From NCBI RefSeq assembly GCF_006345805.1, contig NC_043019.1, positions 14,569,360 through 14,633,359 on the forward strand: 64,000 nt of DNA. The letters run 5' to 3'. A model generated the notes under the pieces. It was not told the origin of the DNA. It did not search any database and worked only from the letters and a program-made list of their open reading frames with translations. Both the position numbers and the translations under genes were made by a program. Numbering within the stretch: the first letter of the stretch is position 1; each line of letters opens with the position of its first letter. The DNA comes from Octopus sinensis (Eukaryota). Shown here piece by piece: positions 35,009 through 49,400 of the stretch.

Positions 35009-37445
35009 TCATCATCATCGTTTAATGTTCGTTGTCCGTGCTAGCACGGGTTGGACGGTTCGACCGGAGTCTGGGAAGCCAGGAGGCTGCACCAGGCTCC
35101 AATCTGATCTGGCAGTGTTTCTACAGCTCAATGCTCTTCCTAACGCCAACCAATCTGTGAGTGTAGTGAGTACTTTTTACGTGCCACTGGCACAGGTGCC
35201 AGGGGAGGCTGGCAGCGTCCACGATCAGTTGGTGCTTTTTACGTGTCACCGGCACAGAAGCCAGTCAAGGCGGAGCTGGCATCAGCCACGTTTGGATGGT
35301 GCTTTTTACGTGCCACCGGCAAAGGTATCACAACTACTATTTCCATTGATATTTATTTCGATCTTGATGTACTTAACTCAATAGGTCTCCTCGAGCACAG
35401 CAGGTCACTCTACGATCCAAGGTAAGCACAGCAGGTCGTTCTGCAATCCAAGGTACTTTGAATGGGCAGGGGCTATGCGAAACTGGTGCAGAAAGCAGCC
35501 CGGGTCTTTGCAGTCACAGCATATCTCCAGAGATCTCGGTCCTTCATCATTGCCTCTGTGAGGCCCAACGCTCGGAGGTCATGCTTGACTACCTCATCCC
35601 ATGTCTTCCTGGGTCTACCTCTCCCCCTGATACCATCAACTGTTTGGGAGTGGCACTACTTCACACATCTCTCTTCGTCCATCTGCAGTACATGACCATA
35701 CCATCGCAAGCGTCGCTCTTGCACACCACATCTGATGCTTCTTATGTCCAGCATTTCTCTCAGGGCGCTTACACTCTGTCGTGCATGCACACTGACATTA
35801 CACATCCAGCGGATCATGCTAGCTTTATTTCTTTCAAGTCTACGCATGTCCTCTGCAGTCACAGCCCATGTTTCACTACCGTGAAGCATGGCAGTTCGCA
35901 CACATGCGTCATACAATCTACCTTTCACTTTGAGCAAGAGACCCTTTGTCGCCAGTAGGGGTAGGAGCTTTCTGAATTTTGCCCAGGCTATTCGTATTCT
36001 AGTGGTGACACTCTGAGCATCCACCTCCACTACTAACTTGGTCACCTAGGTATCGGAAACTATCAACTACTCCTAGTTTCTCCCCCTGGAGTGTGATGGA
36101 ATCTGTTTTCTGAGTATCTGTGGTGTCTATTACCCCTGTGCATCTGCCCACATGAAAGCTATCTTATCAGTTAATTTTCCTTTGATGTTACTGAACCTCT
36201 TATGCGTCCATAGCTTACACTGGGTGCATCTTATGGAGTTTCTACCTACACCTTTCCGACAGATCGAGCAGGGCCACCTGCCCGTGCAGGTGTGTGATGA
36301 GTTCACCTTTCTGCTTACTATAACTTTGGTCTTTGCTACATTTACTCTAACGCTCTTTGATTCTAAACCTTGCTTCCACAGCCAAAATTTCTTTTCTAGT
36401 TCCGGTAGTGATTCTGCTATGAAGGCCAGGTCATCAGCATAGAGGAGCTCCCAGGGGCAACCTGTTTTGAATTCCTCTGTTATTGCTTGGAGGACTGTGA
36501 TGAATAAAAGGGGACTGAGGGCTGAACCTTGGTGGACCCCTACTTCTACCCGGAATTCTTCACTATACTCATTGCCAATCCTAACCTTGCTGACAGCCTC
36601 TCTGTATAGGGCCTGTACAGCCCTTATTAACCATTCGCCAATCTCCAGTTTCCGCATTGCCCACCAGATGAGGGATTGGGGGATCCTGTCAAAGGCTTTC
36701 TCCAAGTCCACGAAAGCTATGTAGAGGGGTTTATCTTTAGCTAGGTACTTCTCCTGCAGTTGTCGAACCAGGAATGTGGAATCGGTGGTGCATCTACCTG
36801 GCACAAAACTGAACTGCATCTCATATGACCCTCTCTGTGACCTTCATCACCTGATCCAACAGTTTAATACCCCTGTAGTTATTTCTATCTAGAGCATCAC
36901 CTTTACCCTTGTAGCAGTTGACTATGGTGCTGCTACGCCAATCATTGGGTATGACTCCATTATGAAATACCTGGTTTACAATGTGGGTGACTAGGCCATA
37001 GCCCACACAACCAGATGTTTTAAGCATCTCAGCAGTGATTCCTGATGGGCCAGGGGCTTTTCCTGGTTTCACACCCTTAATTGCCTTAACTACTAGGGAG
37101 CAGCTGGTCCCTCTACTGGGTCAACATTTGGCAGGCTCTCCTCCTCCCATTCATTCTCCACATTCAGCAGTCTCTCATAATGGCTTCTCCAAGCCTTTTT
37201 CTTTTCAGAAACATTGAAAGCAAGTGCACCATCATCCATGCGGACGCATTTCTCTCCTGTGACATCACTATTTTCTCTTGCACATTGTCTTGCAATCCGA
37301 AATACCTCAGTTCGTTGGTCCTCACGTCGCTGGACATTGGCAAACTTCTTCTTTTCGGCTTCACCCTTGGCTATGTATATCTGCCACCCAGCCTCCCTTT
37401 TGGCTACCTGGTACAGTTCTCTGCTGTACAGAAAGCAGCTGTAAC
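35009..37445 (-). mobile_element. 5'-truncated RTE LINE (RT, Cys-rich segment, 3' UTR)
   Basis: QFSFVPGRCTTD, VDLEKAFDRIP, VHQGSALSPLLF, ELLYADDL, WPCSICRKGVGRNSIRCTQC, ERRLRWYGHV; (CAT)n tail. Confidence 0.93.
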
Positions 37446-37494
37446 AGGCTTGAGGAGTTTGCTGACCAGAACATTGTTTTACAATATGCCAAAT

Positions 37495-37760
37495 AATGAT
37501 ATTATGACTCTATCGGGGGTTTTTTTTGCCGAATCGGTAAGTTACGGAGACATAAACACACCAACATCGGTTGTCAAGCGACAGTTGGGGGACAAACACA
37601 CACACACACACATACACCAAATCCATCTACGAAATTCACTCACAAGGCTTTGGTCAGCCCGAGGCTGTATAGTAGAAGACACTTGCCCAAGGTACCACGC
37701 AGTGGGACTGAACCCGGAACCATGTGGTTGGTAAACAGGCTACTTACTACACAGCCATGT
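37495..37760 (-). mobile_element. Major-family SINE, partial
   Basis: Head and body match the copy at 2334-2709. Confidence 0.75.
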
Positions 37761-38277
37761 GGTTGGAAAGAATATCCATTTTCTTGAGGGGAAAAAATCG
37801 GATAGTGTGAATCATCCTGGTCCTCTCCCTTCACCTCCGTTCACCAGCGCGCATTATTATTATTGTTATTTTCCATATTTCTTTACTACATGTTGTTTTA
37901 CGCTGACTGCACTATTTTTTTATTTTTTTATTTTTTCATTTTTGTGACCGGGTTAACCTTGATTTTTCAGATCCTGTGAGTTTGATCATATGAATTTTCC
38001 GAGTTCGCCAGCACGCATTTTGTTTTTCATATTCATTTACTATATGTTTTACACCAATTACACTATTTTATTTTCATTTTTTTTTCCTCTGTTGCTGTTA
38101 CTCAGGTCAAAACCTGGAGGTTGACTGAAAAAAAAAATAGTTTACTGAAACAAAAGGTCAAACTCAAAGACACATTTTGCAAACAAATTCTAGAGTGACC
38201 TTCCAAGAAACTTTTAACTATATTTCTGAATTGGTTTCATATCCAGAAGCTCATTTCTATTACATTTCAATTAACTA

Positions 38278-39198
38278 CCGTAAATCCTCGTGTATAATAC
38301 TCTTTTACTCTTTTACTTGTTTCAGTCTTTTGATTGCAGCCACGCTGGAGCACCGCCTTAATCGAGCAACTCGACCCCAGGACTTATTCTTTTGTAAGCC
38401 CAGTACTTATTCTATCGGTCGCTTTTGCCGAACCGCTAAGTGACGGGGACGCAAACACACCAGCATCGGTTGTCAAGCAGTGCTAGGGGGGCAAACACAG
38501 ACACACATGCATATATATATATATATATACATATATAAGACGGGCTTCTTTCAGTTTCCGTCTACCAAATCCACTGAAAAGGCTTTGGTCAGCCCGAGGC
38601 TATAGTAGAAGACACTTGCCCAAGGTGCCATGCAGTGGGACTGAACCCGGAACCATGTGGCTGGTAAACAAGCTACTTACCACACAGCCACTCCTGCGCC
38701 TATAATCCGCATTTTTTTCCCCAAAATTTAAAGGCCAAAATCCCTAGTGCGTACCATATACGAGGTTAATAATGAAAAGTATTTTCTAAGCAATGTCCGA
38801 GTCTCTATTTGCTGTCCGGCAATGTTTATTCAGACGCATTTTGTGATGTTGGGCGCGAAAATACCTTAAGCTAAGCCTGAAAGCAATGAAGTCATAAAAG
38901 AATCATCCATAACTTACAGTAAGCAACATTTATTAAACGTTATTACTGTTATTTCTTTATTTTCTGCAAACAAAATGCATAAAAAAGCTACACGTTTGCA
39001 TTATGTTATATATACAATAATAATTAAGGACGTTACCGTATACAGTTTTACAAATCAAGGACGTTATATAGACCTCCTTGACTCAAGTTAGAGAAGGGGC
39101 GCGTATTATACACAAGGTTTAGGTTTTTCAGAGGTACAGCCCCCTAAAAATCCCCTGCATATTATACTCAAGGGCGGACTATACTCGAGGATTTACGG
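38278..39198. mobile_element. Tc1/pogo(Tigger)-like MITE with a SINE (38298-38700, minus strand) inserted into its left TIR
   Basis: TA|CCGTAAATCCTCGTGTATAAT..CCGC and GCGGACTATACTCGAGGATTTACGG|TA; TATAAT is duplicated around the SINE. Confidence 0.75.
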
Positions 39199-39441
39199 TA
39201 ACTGATTATTTTCAAGGCAACTCAAAAAATTTTGCCGGAATCCATGAGAAGAAAAGAAGGAATATAATGTAAGGGAGGTGACTTTGCATTGCAAGGGGAA
39301 TCATTTTGATATCCTCTTAGCTTTTACTTGTTGCAAGTACGACCATGCTGGAGTCACCATTTTCAATGATTCAGTTGATTAAATCGACTACGGCGCTTAT
39401 ATTCTAAAGTCTGGTATTTATTCTATGTATATAAATGTGTC

Positions 39442-39675
39442 CCGTACTACTTGAGAACAGTGGTTCCGGTGCGCGCACTCGCGTACTCGCGCATCGGCAC
39501 TAGCTAGTCATGACTAGTCGATCCTTACTTTGTGTTTTTGTGTGTTATTTACTTTGTTTTAAAAATTATTTATTTTGTGTTTTATTTACTTTAACAAAAG
39601 TAAACAAATTATTTATTTCGTGTTTTATTTACTTTGCTAGGTAGTCGTTGTAGGATCGACTAGTCACGACTAGCT
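39442..39675. mobile_element. Second copy of the Merlin-like MITE, right TIR deleted internally
   Basis: Same TIR and body as 19876-20131; only an imperfect AATGTGT(C/T) flank match. Confidence 0.7.
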
Positions 39676-40029
39676 AGTAGTACCAATGTGTTCTCGAGGA
39701 AGGCGGGTTCCAGAGAAGAGAGGACAGCGGTGTGAAATGGACGCCCGATAGACTGGTCGGTGAAGGTGATATAAATGTGTATTTGTGTTTGTCAGCCCAC
39801 CACCGCTTGACAACCGAGTTGGTTTGTTTACACCCCCGTAACTTAGAGGTTCGACACAAACGGCCGATAGGACAAGCGTCAGGCCTTTAAGCGATAAATA
39901 TTGGGAGGCGATGCCCCAAATATGATTGCAGTCCATAAGCTAAAACAAGTAAAAGATATATAGGCGATAATTTTATTGTGTTTAGGGAGAGGCGTTAAGG
40001 TAATCTTTCAGTTTAGGGTGTTTAAAAAA

Positions 40030-41715
40030 GTAAATAAAAATGAAAGGGAAAATAATTTTCCCAGTTAACCTTCCTTTGATATTGCTGCACCTTTTATGTG
40101 TCCATAGCTTACACCAGGTGCATCTTATGGAGTTTCTACCAATGCCTTTTCTACAGAGGAGTTTGTGATTTGACAGCCTGCACACTAACTAAAACTTTGG
40201 TTTTGGCTAGGTTAACCCTAAGGCCATTCAATTCTAGACTTTGCTTCCACGCCCTAACCTTTGGCTCCAGTTCCGGCAGTGACTCTGCTACTAGTGCAAG
40301 GTCATCAGCATCGAGGAGCAGCCTGTCTTGAATTCCTCTGTTATTGCCTGGAGGACTATAATGAATAAGAGGGGGCTGAGGACTGATCTTAGGTTGACCC
40401 TTACCCCTACCCGATATTCTTCACTGTACTCGTTGCCAACCGTCACCTTACTGTACATGGCTTGTACAGCTCTCAATAAGCATTCATCCATCCCTAGTCT
40501 CCTCATTGACCACCAGATAGGGGATCGGGGGACCCTGTCAATGAAAGCCAGGTACAGAGTTTTATCTTGGACTAGCTATTTCTCCTGCATCTGTCTTATC
40601 AGAAATATAGCATCAGTGGTACTTTCCCCTGGCACGAACCGAAACTGCATCTCATCTAGACTGCCTCTCTCCTTAATTACTTGGGCTATGACCCTCTCCG
40701 TGACCTTCATTACCTGATCCAACAACTTGATACCTCTGTAATTATTTGTATCTAATGCGTCACCTTTATCTTTGTTAGAAGTTGACTATGGTGCTGCTAC
40801 ACCAGTCATTGGGTATGACTCCTTCATGTATCACCTGGTTGACTAGGCTATAGCCGACACCGCCAGATATTTTGAGCATCTCTGTGATGATTCCTGATTG
40901 TCTGGGGGCTTTCCCTGTCTTCATACCCTTAATTGCTTTACCTACCAAGGCACTGTCAATTTAGATAGATAGCTGGTCCCTCTGTTGGGCCGGCATTCGG
41001 CAGACTCTCTTTCTCACATTCATTCACTTTATTTCGCAAACTTTCACAATGGCATCTCCAAACCTGTCTCTTTGCAGCTTCGCTTAAAGCAAATGAACCG
41101 TCACCCATGAGGACACATTTCTCTCCTAGGACATCGCGATTCTCTCTCACATGCTGTCTGGCAACAGGAAAATACTTCAAGTCTTTGGTCATCATGGCGC
41201 AGAACATTGGCAAATTTTTCCTTATCTGTTTCCCCTTGGGCCAAATAAACCTGCCTCCTAGCTTCCTTTTCGGCAGTCTGATACAATTCCCTGCTATCAC
41301 CGGTCTTCCAGTCCTTCAAAGCCTGTTTCTTTTCCTTACTAGCCATGTCAACAACATTGTTCCACCACCACGTTACCTTAGGTTGAGAGGAGACTTTGCA
41401 CCATCCACAGATCTGGTCTCTAGCCCCCAAAAGGTTGTCCTGTAGAAACCTCCAGTTGTTTCCACAGCTTTGAGTAATGTCTCTCAATCTCTTTTTGCAG
41501 GATCCTTAAGCTTCCAGACCCTTCTCCTCCATTCTGGACGTCTTCTGAGCATCCATTTAGCCCTGATCCTGAAGTCGCTAACTGCTAATCTATGTTGTGG
41601 GGTACATTCTTCACCTGGGATGGTTTGGGCATTTACAAGTAGTCGTCTTTCCTGTTTCCTAGTGAGGATGTAGTCAATTTGACTAGTGTGTCTACCAGAT
41701 TGGTAGGTGACTAAA
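40030..41715 (-). mobile_element. Decayed RTE LINE fragment
   Basis: QICGWCKVSSQPKVTWWWN, QFRFVPG, LSPLLFIIVLQAITEEFKTG and CRKGIGRNSIRC motifs, with many stops. Confidence 0.88.
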
Positions 41716-41839
41716 TGGCCCTGAATATGCTAATCGATTACCATTTAGTAATTATGATACTTCTACAATTGAAAATAATTTTAATAAATAAGGAATTTAT
41801 GTATTGTGGCATTTGATACTTGTCAATTGACTACATTGT

Positions 41840-42229
41840 TCACATAAATGCCAGTACCAGGCAGAGGTGGTTTCCAGTAGTAAGAGAAGCTTAAGAATAA
41901 ATAAATGGAAATTTGTCGGCAGAACAAAGTTAGTAACCTTAAGTCACCTCTTACACTCTCGGTGTTGTGATGAGAGTCAAGGTACCCTCTTGTGAGGAAT
42001 GGACTGAACCGAGAGAGTGTATATAGTTTGTGTTATTTCATAATGAAGTTCGAGAGTGTGGGTTGGTTTGTTCATTTGGAATATTTGTTGGTTCTTGAGA
42101 GATAGTTACGTTGTTATTGCTGCTGCATTATCTTATTTTATCACACTGGTACCACATATTTTAGGCCATAATTGCAATAGTGGTGGTACTACTATATTGG
42201 ATACAAACTATGTTACAGCATCTGGCGAC
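41840..42229 (+). mobile_element. Possible LTR 3' end followed by a primer-binding site
   Basis: ...TGTTACAGCA-TC-TGGCGAC (42223-42229); no gag/pol follows and the 5' boundary is unclear. Confidence 0.3.
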
Positions 42230-42789
42230 AAAAGGCTCGAAGATCACGTAGCGTGTAATTCACCTGCAAACTAAGCATTAAATTCTTTCTTACCAGATTG
42301 TCAGCCTTCTGAAATTCCCTTGTCCATGTTATTTCCTCTGCAGCCATCCACACATTTTATTCAAGATCAACTACGTCAATCTTACCAGTTTTGAAGGCAC
42401 AGCTCTTGCCTTTTGTCTCAGAAGGAATGCAAAAGGCAAAGATCCATTCCTACAATTTAAAAAATTTTTGTTTTCGCTTGTTGCTGATATTAGCCGAATA
42501 AATAGAATATTTTATGAAAGTTAACTAACCATGAACAACTTCAATGAAACTGAGAAAACAAGTTTCAAAGTTTTATTGGGTACCGTAGGAGGTTGGTGAA
42601 TTTTTTGCTTTTCTCAGAGAGGAAGCAATTACCCCCACCGCTTCCAGACCATTGCTGAATGCTTCAGGTTTTACTTTTATATGACTAATTAAAGGTGCTC
42701 TAGTTCGGTGTTTATCTTCCGAACCAGCGAGAAATAGCAGTCATATATGCTTCAAAATCCACCGTCCCATATAACAAAGTCCTAAACAG

Positions 42790-44790
42790 ACAGAATAATA
42801 ATAAAAATACGGCGGGCTTTCAAAATAGCTGTCGAGAATAAAATGATATTTCGATGGTAAATTTTTGGAGGGGTTTCACCCATGTACAATCGCCTAAGAA
42901 AGCCTTCATGGATGACATGACACTTCTAGCTACAGATAAACAAATCATGCAGAATGCCCTCTTGAGATTATACGAACTTGTAAGGTGGTCAAGGATGCGA
43001 TTTAGAGCAAAAAAAGTCGCGTAGTCTGACATTTGTTAAGGGAGTGCAGAAAGAATTTAAGTTTCAAATATCTGAAGAAAGCGTTCCAACAGTCAAGGAA
43101 GAGCCCGTCAAGAGCTTGGGATGAGTATACACTGGAACATTGTCAGACAGAAGTTGTGGGATTGAAATTATGAAACAGGCCGAGGCTGGGTTATCAGCGA
43201 TTGATGTTTCGAAGTTACCAGGTAAATATAAAATTTGGTGCTTGCAGTTCGGCTTGTACCCGCGACTTGCATGGCCACTTTTAATATACGAAATAGCTTT
43301 GTCACGAGTTGAAAGGATTGAACAAAAATGTAATGTGTTCATTAGAAAGTGGCTAGGTCTACCTCGTATGTTGAACAGCTCAGCTCTTTATCGTAAAAGA
43401 GGTTCGTTGCAGCTACCAATAGCATCAATAGTCGAAATATATAAGCTGGGGAAGATACGGACGGTCATGATGCTGAGAGAATCGAAGGATATGGAAATCA
43501 GGCGTAACCCACCAGAGGTGAAAACAGCCAGGAAGTGGAAAGCAGAAGCAGAAACTGACGACATCTTGTCTTCTCTTATACACAGAGATATGGTGGGAGC
43601 AATGCAGAACCATTGGAAAGGACTTGGTTTTGGCGCAGATCAGTTCAGACCGTTTGCAAGCATGATGCGGAGTGAACGCAGATCTGTTGTTAGCAACAGC
43701 GTCAAAACAAGAGAAGCAGAGAGAAGAGAGCTTCATTTGATCCGATGTGTTCATCAAGGTCAGATGACGAGATGTGAAGAACATGTTGTTGAGAGGAAGA
43801 TAAGTTGGGATGAGATGTGGAAGTGGACGACATCTCGGCTGAGTTTCCTCATTTGTTCGTCTTATGATGTTTTGCCATCACCTACGAATCTAGTAAGATG
43901 GAACGTCTTAGAGAATGACATCTGTAAATGTGGAAAGGTCGGTACACTAAAACATATTCTTTCCAACTGTTCATTAGCATTGAACAGATACACATGGAGG
44001 CACAACTTGTTCCTTAAGGTTATCTTCAATGCTATAAAGAACCAAATTCATCTCAACAACACTGAGGAAAAATCGTTGAAAGTACCATCAAGAGATTTCA
44101 TTACCTTCGTGCGACCAGATCAGCGGATCCGTTTCAAGAAGAAGATCAAGAAACTTCTTGAGAAAAATGAAAAGTGGAACGGCTATTGGGAGGTAACTGC
44201 AGATTTACCTGGGTGCCAGGTTTTCTTTCCCATCCCAGTTTCGAAAAAACCAGATATTTTGATGTGGTGTGGAAGAAAGAAAGTTGTAAATATAGTCGAG
44301 CTAACGGTTCCTCATGAAGATAATATGGACGCCGCTCGGGCTCGAAAATTGAACCGTTATGAAAACCTCCTCGAGAAATGTGAAGACGCAGGGTAGAAAG
44401 CTGAACTTTTTCCTATCGAAGTCGGATGTAGAGAGTTTATTGGACACAGCGTGAGACGACTGTTGTTATCGCTAGGCCTAACTCATCGTAAAGTTAATAC
44501 CATCATGACTGATATCCAATCTACAGTGGAGAAGGCTAGCCACTGGATTTGGCTAAAAAGAGACGATGAGCGATGGCTAGAAGTATATTGAGTTCTTCAT
44601 AACCAGCTGATCTAGCAAGCGGGGCCTCATATCAGTGAGGGGGGCCGGTGCGCATTGATGCTGTCATGAGGTAGGCCCCGAAACGGCGCGCATTCTCTCC
44701 TGATGACCCCATACGCTTGATAGCTTCCGGTATATGGAGCTTTTAACTGGTAGCACTTGCATGTGCAAGTTGTTTGCAGGACATCGTCAC
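42790..44790 (+). mobile_element. 5'-truncated HERO-type (R2-superfamily, restriction-like endonuclease) non-LTR retrotransposon
   Basis: FMDDMTL RT motif, KSLG, PRLAWPLLIYE, CKCGKVGTLKHILSNC (CCHC), RYTWRHN, KPDILMW..IVELTVPHE, PIEVGCR and KASHWIWLKR; stops at 43122 and 44394 and one frameshift near 43010. Confidence 0.88.
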
Positions 44791-46437
44791 TCTAAAATAC
44801 ATGTAATTCGCATTAAATCTTATTTTTCTGAAAAATCTACGTTTTAAAACATTTTAACTGCCCACCACTTCATCGTGCCTTTGGAGTAGGTGTCACACTT
44901 GGGATGGTCAAACCTAGAATACCTTTCATCATAGGTAATTGCTTGGAGTTCACCTTGAGAGCTAAAACTATATATTTAGTTTCGATATAAAAAATAAAAT
45001 TGCACAAAATTTTGGCACAAGACCAACAATTTGGGAGGAGGGCTTAATCGATTACATTGACTGGTACTTAATTGATCATGAAAGGTAAAGTTGACGACGA
45101 CGGTAATGTGAAGTGTCGGAAGAAATGCCACAAGGTATTTTGTCCGACGCACGAACGATTTTGCCAGCTTGCCCCACCCCCTTCCTTAATAATATTTCTT
45201 TCCCCAGTAAGTACAAGGCCTGAAGCTGATGGGAAGAACTAGTCGATTGTATTCAACTGGTACTTATTCTATAAGCGCCGCCCGAAAGAAGGAAAGCTCA
45301 GCAATATTCGAACACGGAACGTAAAGATTCGTAAGAAATGACGTTAGGCATTTTATCCGATGCACTACCGATTCTGCCAGCTTTACATTATATTTTTTCG
45401 TCAAAGTTTAACTATGTCACCTTGATGATATATTTTTACACGTGGACAAATAATAGAGAGATAATGTGGATCAGATGATATTACATGCTGACAAGGGCTT
45501 GGTAAAGGACTGTTAGAATGTTTAGGGATATGGTCCTATACGTTCGGGTTTCAACCCTCACCAGAATTCAAAACAAGCCGTCTGTTCTTCCACAGTTGAG
45601 AAAATACATCGATCAAGTATTGGAGATCGTTATAAATGATTATACCCTCCACTCACCCCAAAATATATGCTTTGTGTCTATAATCAATATTACAAATATA
45701 TTGTTATTGCTATTTAACTCAGGTCATCCTGGTAAACCCGGTTGAGGATCAAAGGGTTCCAACTATGACCAACCCGTATTTTTGTGCCCCTCCCCCCATT
45801 TTTTTTTCAGATATAGCATCTATGATTATATTAGCCAATGTACCCTTCCTTTAACCCAGTAGTATATGGTTTTAAGGGGATTTGGGTGTTATTCCTAGCA
45901 CATCGATGAGCGAAAATACAGAGGGGCCCTGATTATGTGCGAGTATGCGTATGGATGGGTACGTGTGTGTGTATGTGGGTGCATACAAGCCAAATAACTG
46001 AATCAAAGCGTGTGTCAAACTGAAGAATCAAAGCGTGTGCACAAGTTTATAGTAAATATATACATTGTATAGAGAAAACACCCGAAGCCTATACAAAAAC
46101 ACTGAATATGTGTTTATTATTCATCCAAAGTAAACAGTACGTGTGTAGGCATGTTTGTTGTGCACATATATATTTATTAAAGGAGAAAGAGAGAGAGAAA
46201 ATTAAAGTGCTACACACGACTATGGTAGACAGACACATGCAATGATCGCTCTCTCTCTACACACACAAAGATATACATTAATTTGATTAAGTAATAATTT
46301 ATGATGTAAGAAGTTATACGTAGTTGATAAAAAAGTGATATGAAATAGACCAACAGGGAATGTACAAACGAATTTTACGTAACCCTAACATAAACCATAA
46401 CAAGGCATGCACAAACATAAACACAAACAAAATGAAT

Positions 46438-49400
46438 AATAATTTTATACAAAACGAATAACTTTCAAATTCTATAAAGCAATGCAAACAATGGAAAATA
46501 ATTTAAACACTAATTTTAGGCTTTCCAAACGAATTTAGCTGTTTAGGATGTCAAGCTTTTCAAACGAATTTAACTGTTTACGTTAACTACGTCACAAAAT
46601 AGCTGTTTATGTCACAGTAGCAGTATGTTTAGACGTGGAAAATTATTTCAGCTCAAAACAGAGAATACGATTGGTTAAAATTCGAAGAATTAAACTACCT
46701 AAAACTTACAAAATACAATTTTCTCAAAAAAGCTAAGTGAAATTAATGTTTTCTTTTGACACATTCTACCAGTATACGAAGTTTCAAATTGTTTAGTTAA
46801 CTAGAAAATTCCGTCCATCAAAAGGAAAAGATCCAAATTATTTTCCATTGCTTTAGTTTTTTTTTACACGCGTAACAAATTAATTTAACAATTAAGAAAA
46901 AAAAGATTTAGAGTTAGGGGGAGGGTGAGGGTTACAGGATGTTGTCTCAGTTTTAGATGCAGCAAATGATTTTAGCTCAAAAGAGAGCATAGGATTGGTT
47001 AAAATTCGAAAAATTAAACTACGTTAAACAAACGGATTACAAATTTATCAAGAAAGCCAAGTGAAAATAATTCTACCAGTATACGAAGTTTTAAAGTGTT
47101 TAGTTAACTAGAAATTGTGTTGCTCGGGTCACTGCCTGGAATCGAACTTGGAATCTTGGGGTTAATAGCTCATGCTCAAAACCCTTACACTATATGCCCG
47201 TGGGCATATGTAAATGATATAATTTGCCTATAGTAATTTGAAGATTTTTATTAGTTCTTCAGTAGAATTTCAAGAAAACATTCTGGTTTTGAAGGAAAAT
47301 CAATTGCTATGTATGTTTGTATGTTATACCTTATTCCTCATAATCTGTTTTATTGAAAGACGAATGAAATTCTATGCATCCAGTATCTTAAGATCTTGAC
47401 ATGATGATGATACATGGATGTCACTTTCAGATTCTGGGTGTCAAAAAAATCCTGTCTCACAACCAAGTATTTTACCTGTTACGAAAAAATTTTTTTTTGT
47501 CGATCCTTGTTATATTTCCTTTTTTAAAATAAAACACTTTGTTGTCTTTTTGGTTCATCATCATAGCATTTTCACCAAAATTACTTCGGCTTATTATCAA
47601 CGTATCACATTTAGTCAGAATATGTTGGTCCATAATGACCTTCCTTAAACCTTCACACCTATTTTTCACATTTCCACTTGGTTGATCCACATGAAGTATT
47701 TTCCAGGGTTGTACACGATTTGAGGAGAAAATTTTTTTAAGCTATCTTCTGTACCTCTTCTGAGTCTGTTGTCACAAACATTTTGTACTTGCTGGTGTTT
47801 TTGTATTTACTTAAGAAGTTCCAGAGAGATTGAACACTTGACATTGACATCCTTCGGTCATCATGTGGCATTGTGGGGTTCCGTCCAATTCGAATCTGAG
47901 CACACACCAAATGCATATTTGGGTTGGGGATATTGACTTCAAAGAATTTGTCAATCGCTTCTTGAAAATGATCATTGAATCGAAACATTAAATTCATTAT
48001 TTTAGCAAATACATTTCCATATGGCATTTGTGATGACCAAAGAAGTTGTTTTTTGTAGCGAGGATTCTCTATTAAGCTGTGAAAATAGATATAATTTGTT
48101 GTCACATAGAGGACATTTTGGGGGTGGCGTCTTTCTAAGTCTACTGATCGTAAAGCAGATATGTACCCTTTATCTCCAGTCAAACGTAGGTGATGACTTT
48201 TTAGGCCATGCAACTCTTTTGGGTCAATTGTCCAGTTAATTTTGTTTGGTTGAAGATATTTTGCAAAATGACAAGGTTTTGAAATAATGATGCCAAAACG
48301 ACGACCCATGGCCTGTGCCATTAAATATACAGAGACTATTCCATGCTGCCTATCTCCCCAACCTCCACACTCTATATTATTAACACAGTAATAAATAATA
48401 TATTTCGTTTTGTTGTTTAACTGAACCAATTCCTGTTTCTCTTTGCTTACAGTTTTGTTATTTATATGATGCACTTGATTATTTGGAAATTCCTTAGAAT
48501 TATTTATAAACTTTTGGTTGTGTTTGTTTAATGTTGTCCCTGTATATTCTTTATTCACAGAATATTGCTTCCAGGCAAACAGTAGAAAGAAGATGCTGAC
48601 CACAGCAATGAATCCAAGAACTCGAATCTAGAAATGATAAAAAGAAATAAGTGAAAATATGACAACTTTGTAATAAAATACCAGAAACAAATAGAAAAAA
48701 AGTCTTCTACTGCAATTTTTAGTTTTTCAGTTTTTACTAGCTTATAGGTACAGGCATGGCTGTATGGCTAAGGAGTTTGCCTCTCAACCACAAAGTTTCA
48801 GGTTCAGTCCCACTGCATGGCACCTAGGGCAAGGCTCTTCAACTACAGCTTACTTGTCTTCTATTCTATTAATACTATGCATGAGTGTGGGTGTGTGCAT
48901 GTTTATGTCTCCTTATCTTGACAGTGTATGATTATTGTAAATGAATATCCTTCTTCGTTTCCAGTGTTGTGTGAAAATCTGTCTGACCATGGGAAGATGC
49001 TGAGCTGGCAGAACTGTTAGCATGCCAGACAAAATGCTTAGCGGTATTTTGTCCGTCTTTACACTCTGAGCTCAAATTCTGCCAACGTTCACTTTAACCA
49101 TAATCCTTTCCGAGTCAATAAAATAAGTACCAGTCATGTACTGAGGTTGATGCATCCAAGTTCCCCTCCCCTCAGAAAGGCCTGCCCTCACCATAATTTA
49201 AAGCCAATATGTCTGAATATGGAGAAATACTAAACTGAAACAGATAAGGGTTGGTGACAGGATGGGCACCCAGTCGTAGAAAATCTGCCATGGTAAATTT
49301 GCTCACCCCATGCAAACATGGAAAAATGATTGTTAAAATTAGACTACCGTCAGACATTCTGCTGCTTATAAGAATACTTACGACCCATTAATGCCAGCAT

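Noticed and set aside
44655-44715. GAAAC...CTGATGA in the HERO 3' UTR as a type II hammerhead
   Set aside because: The flanks that would form helix II (GGCCCC and CCCC) cannot pair, and there is no NUH with helix I/III support.
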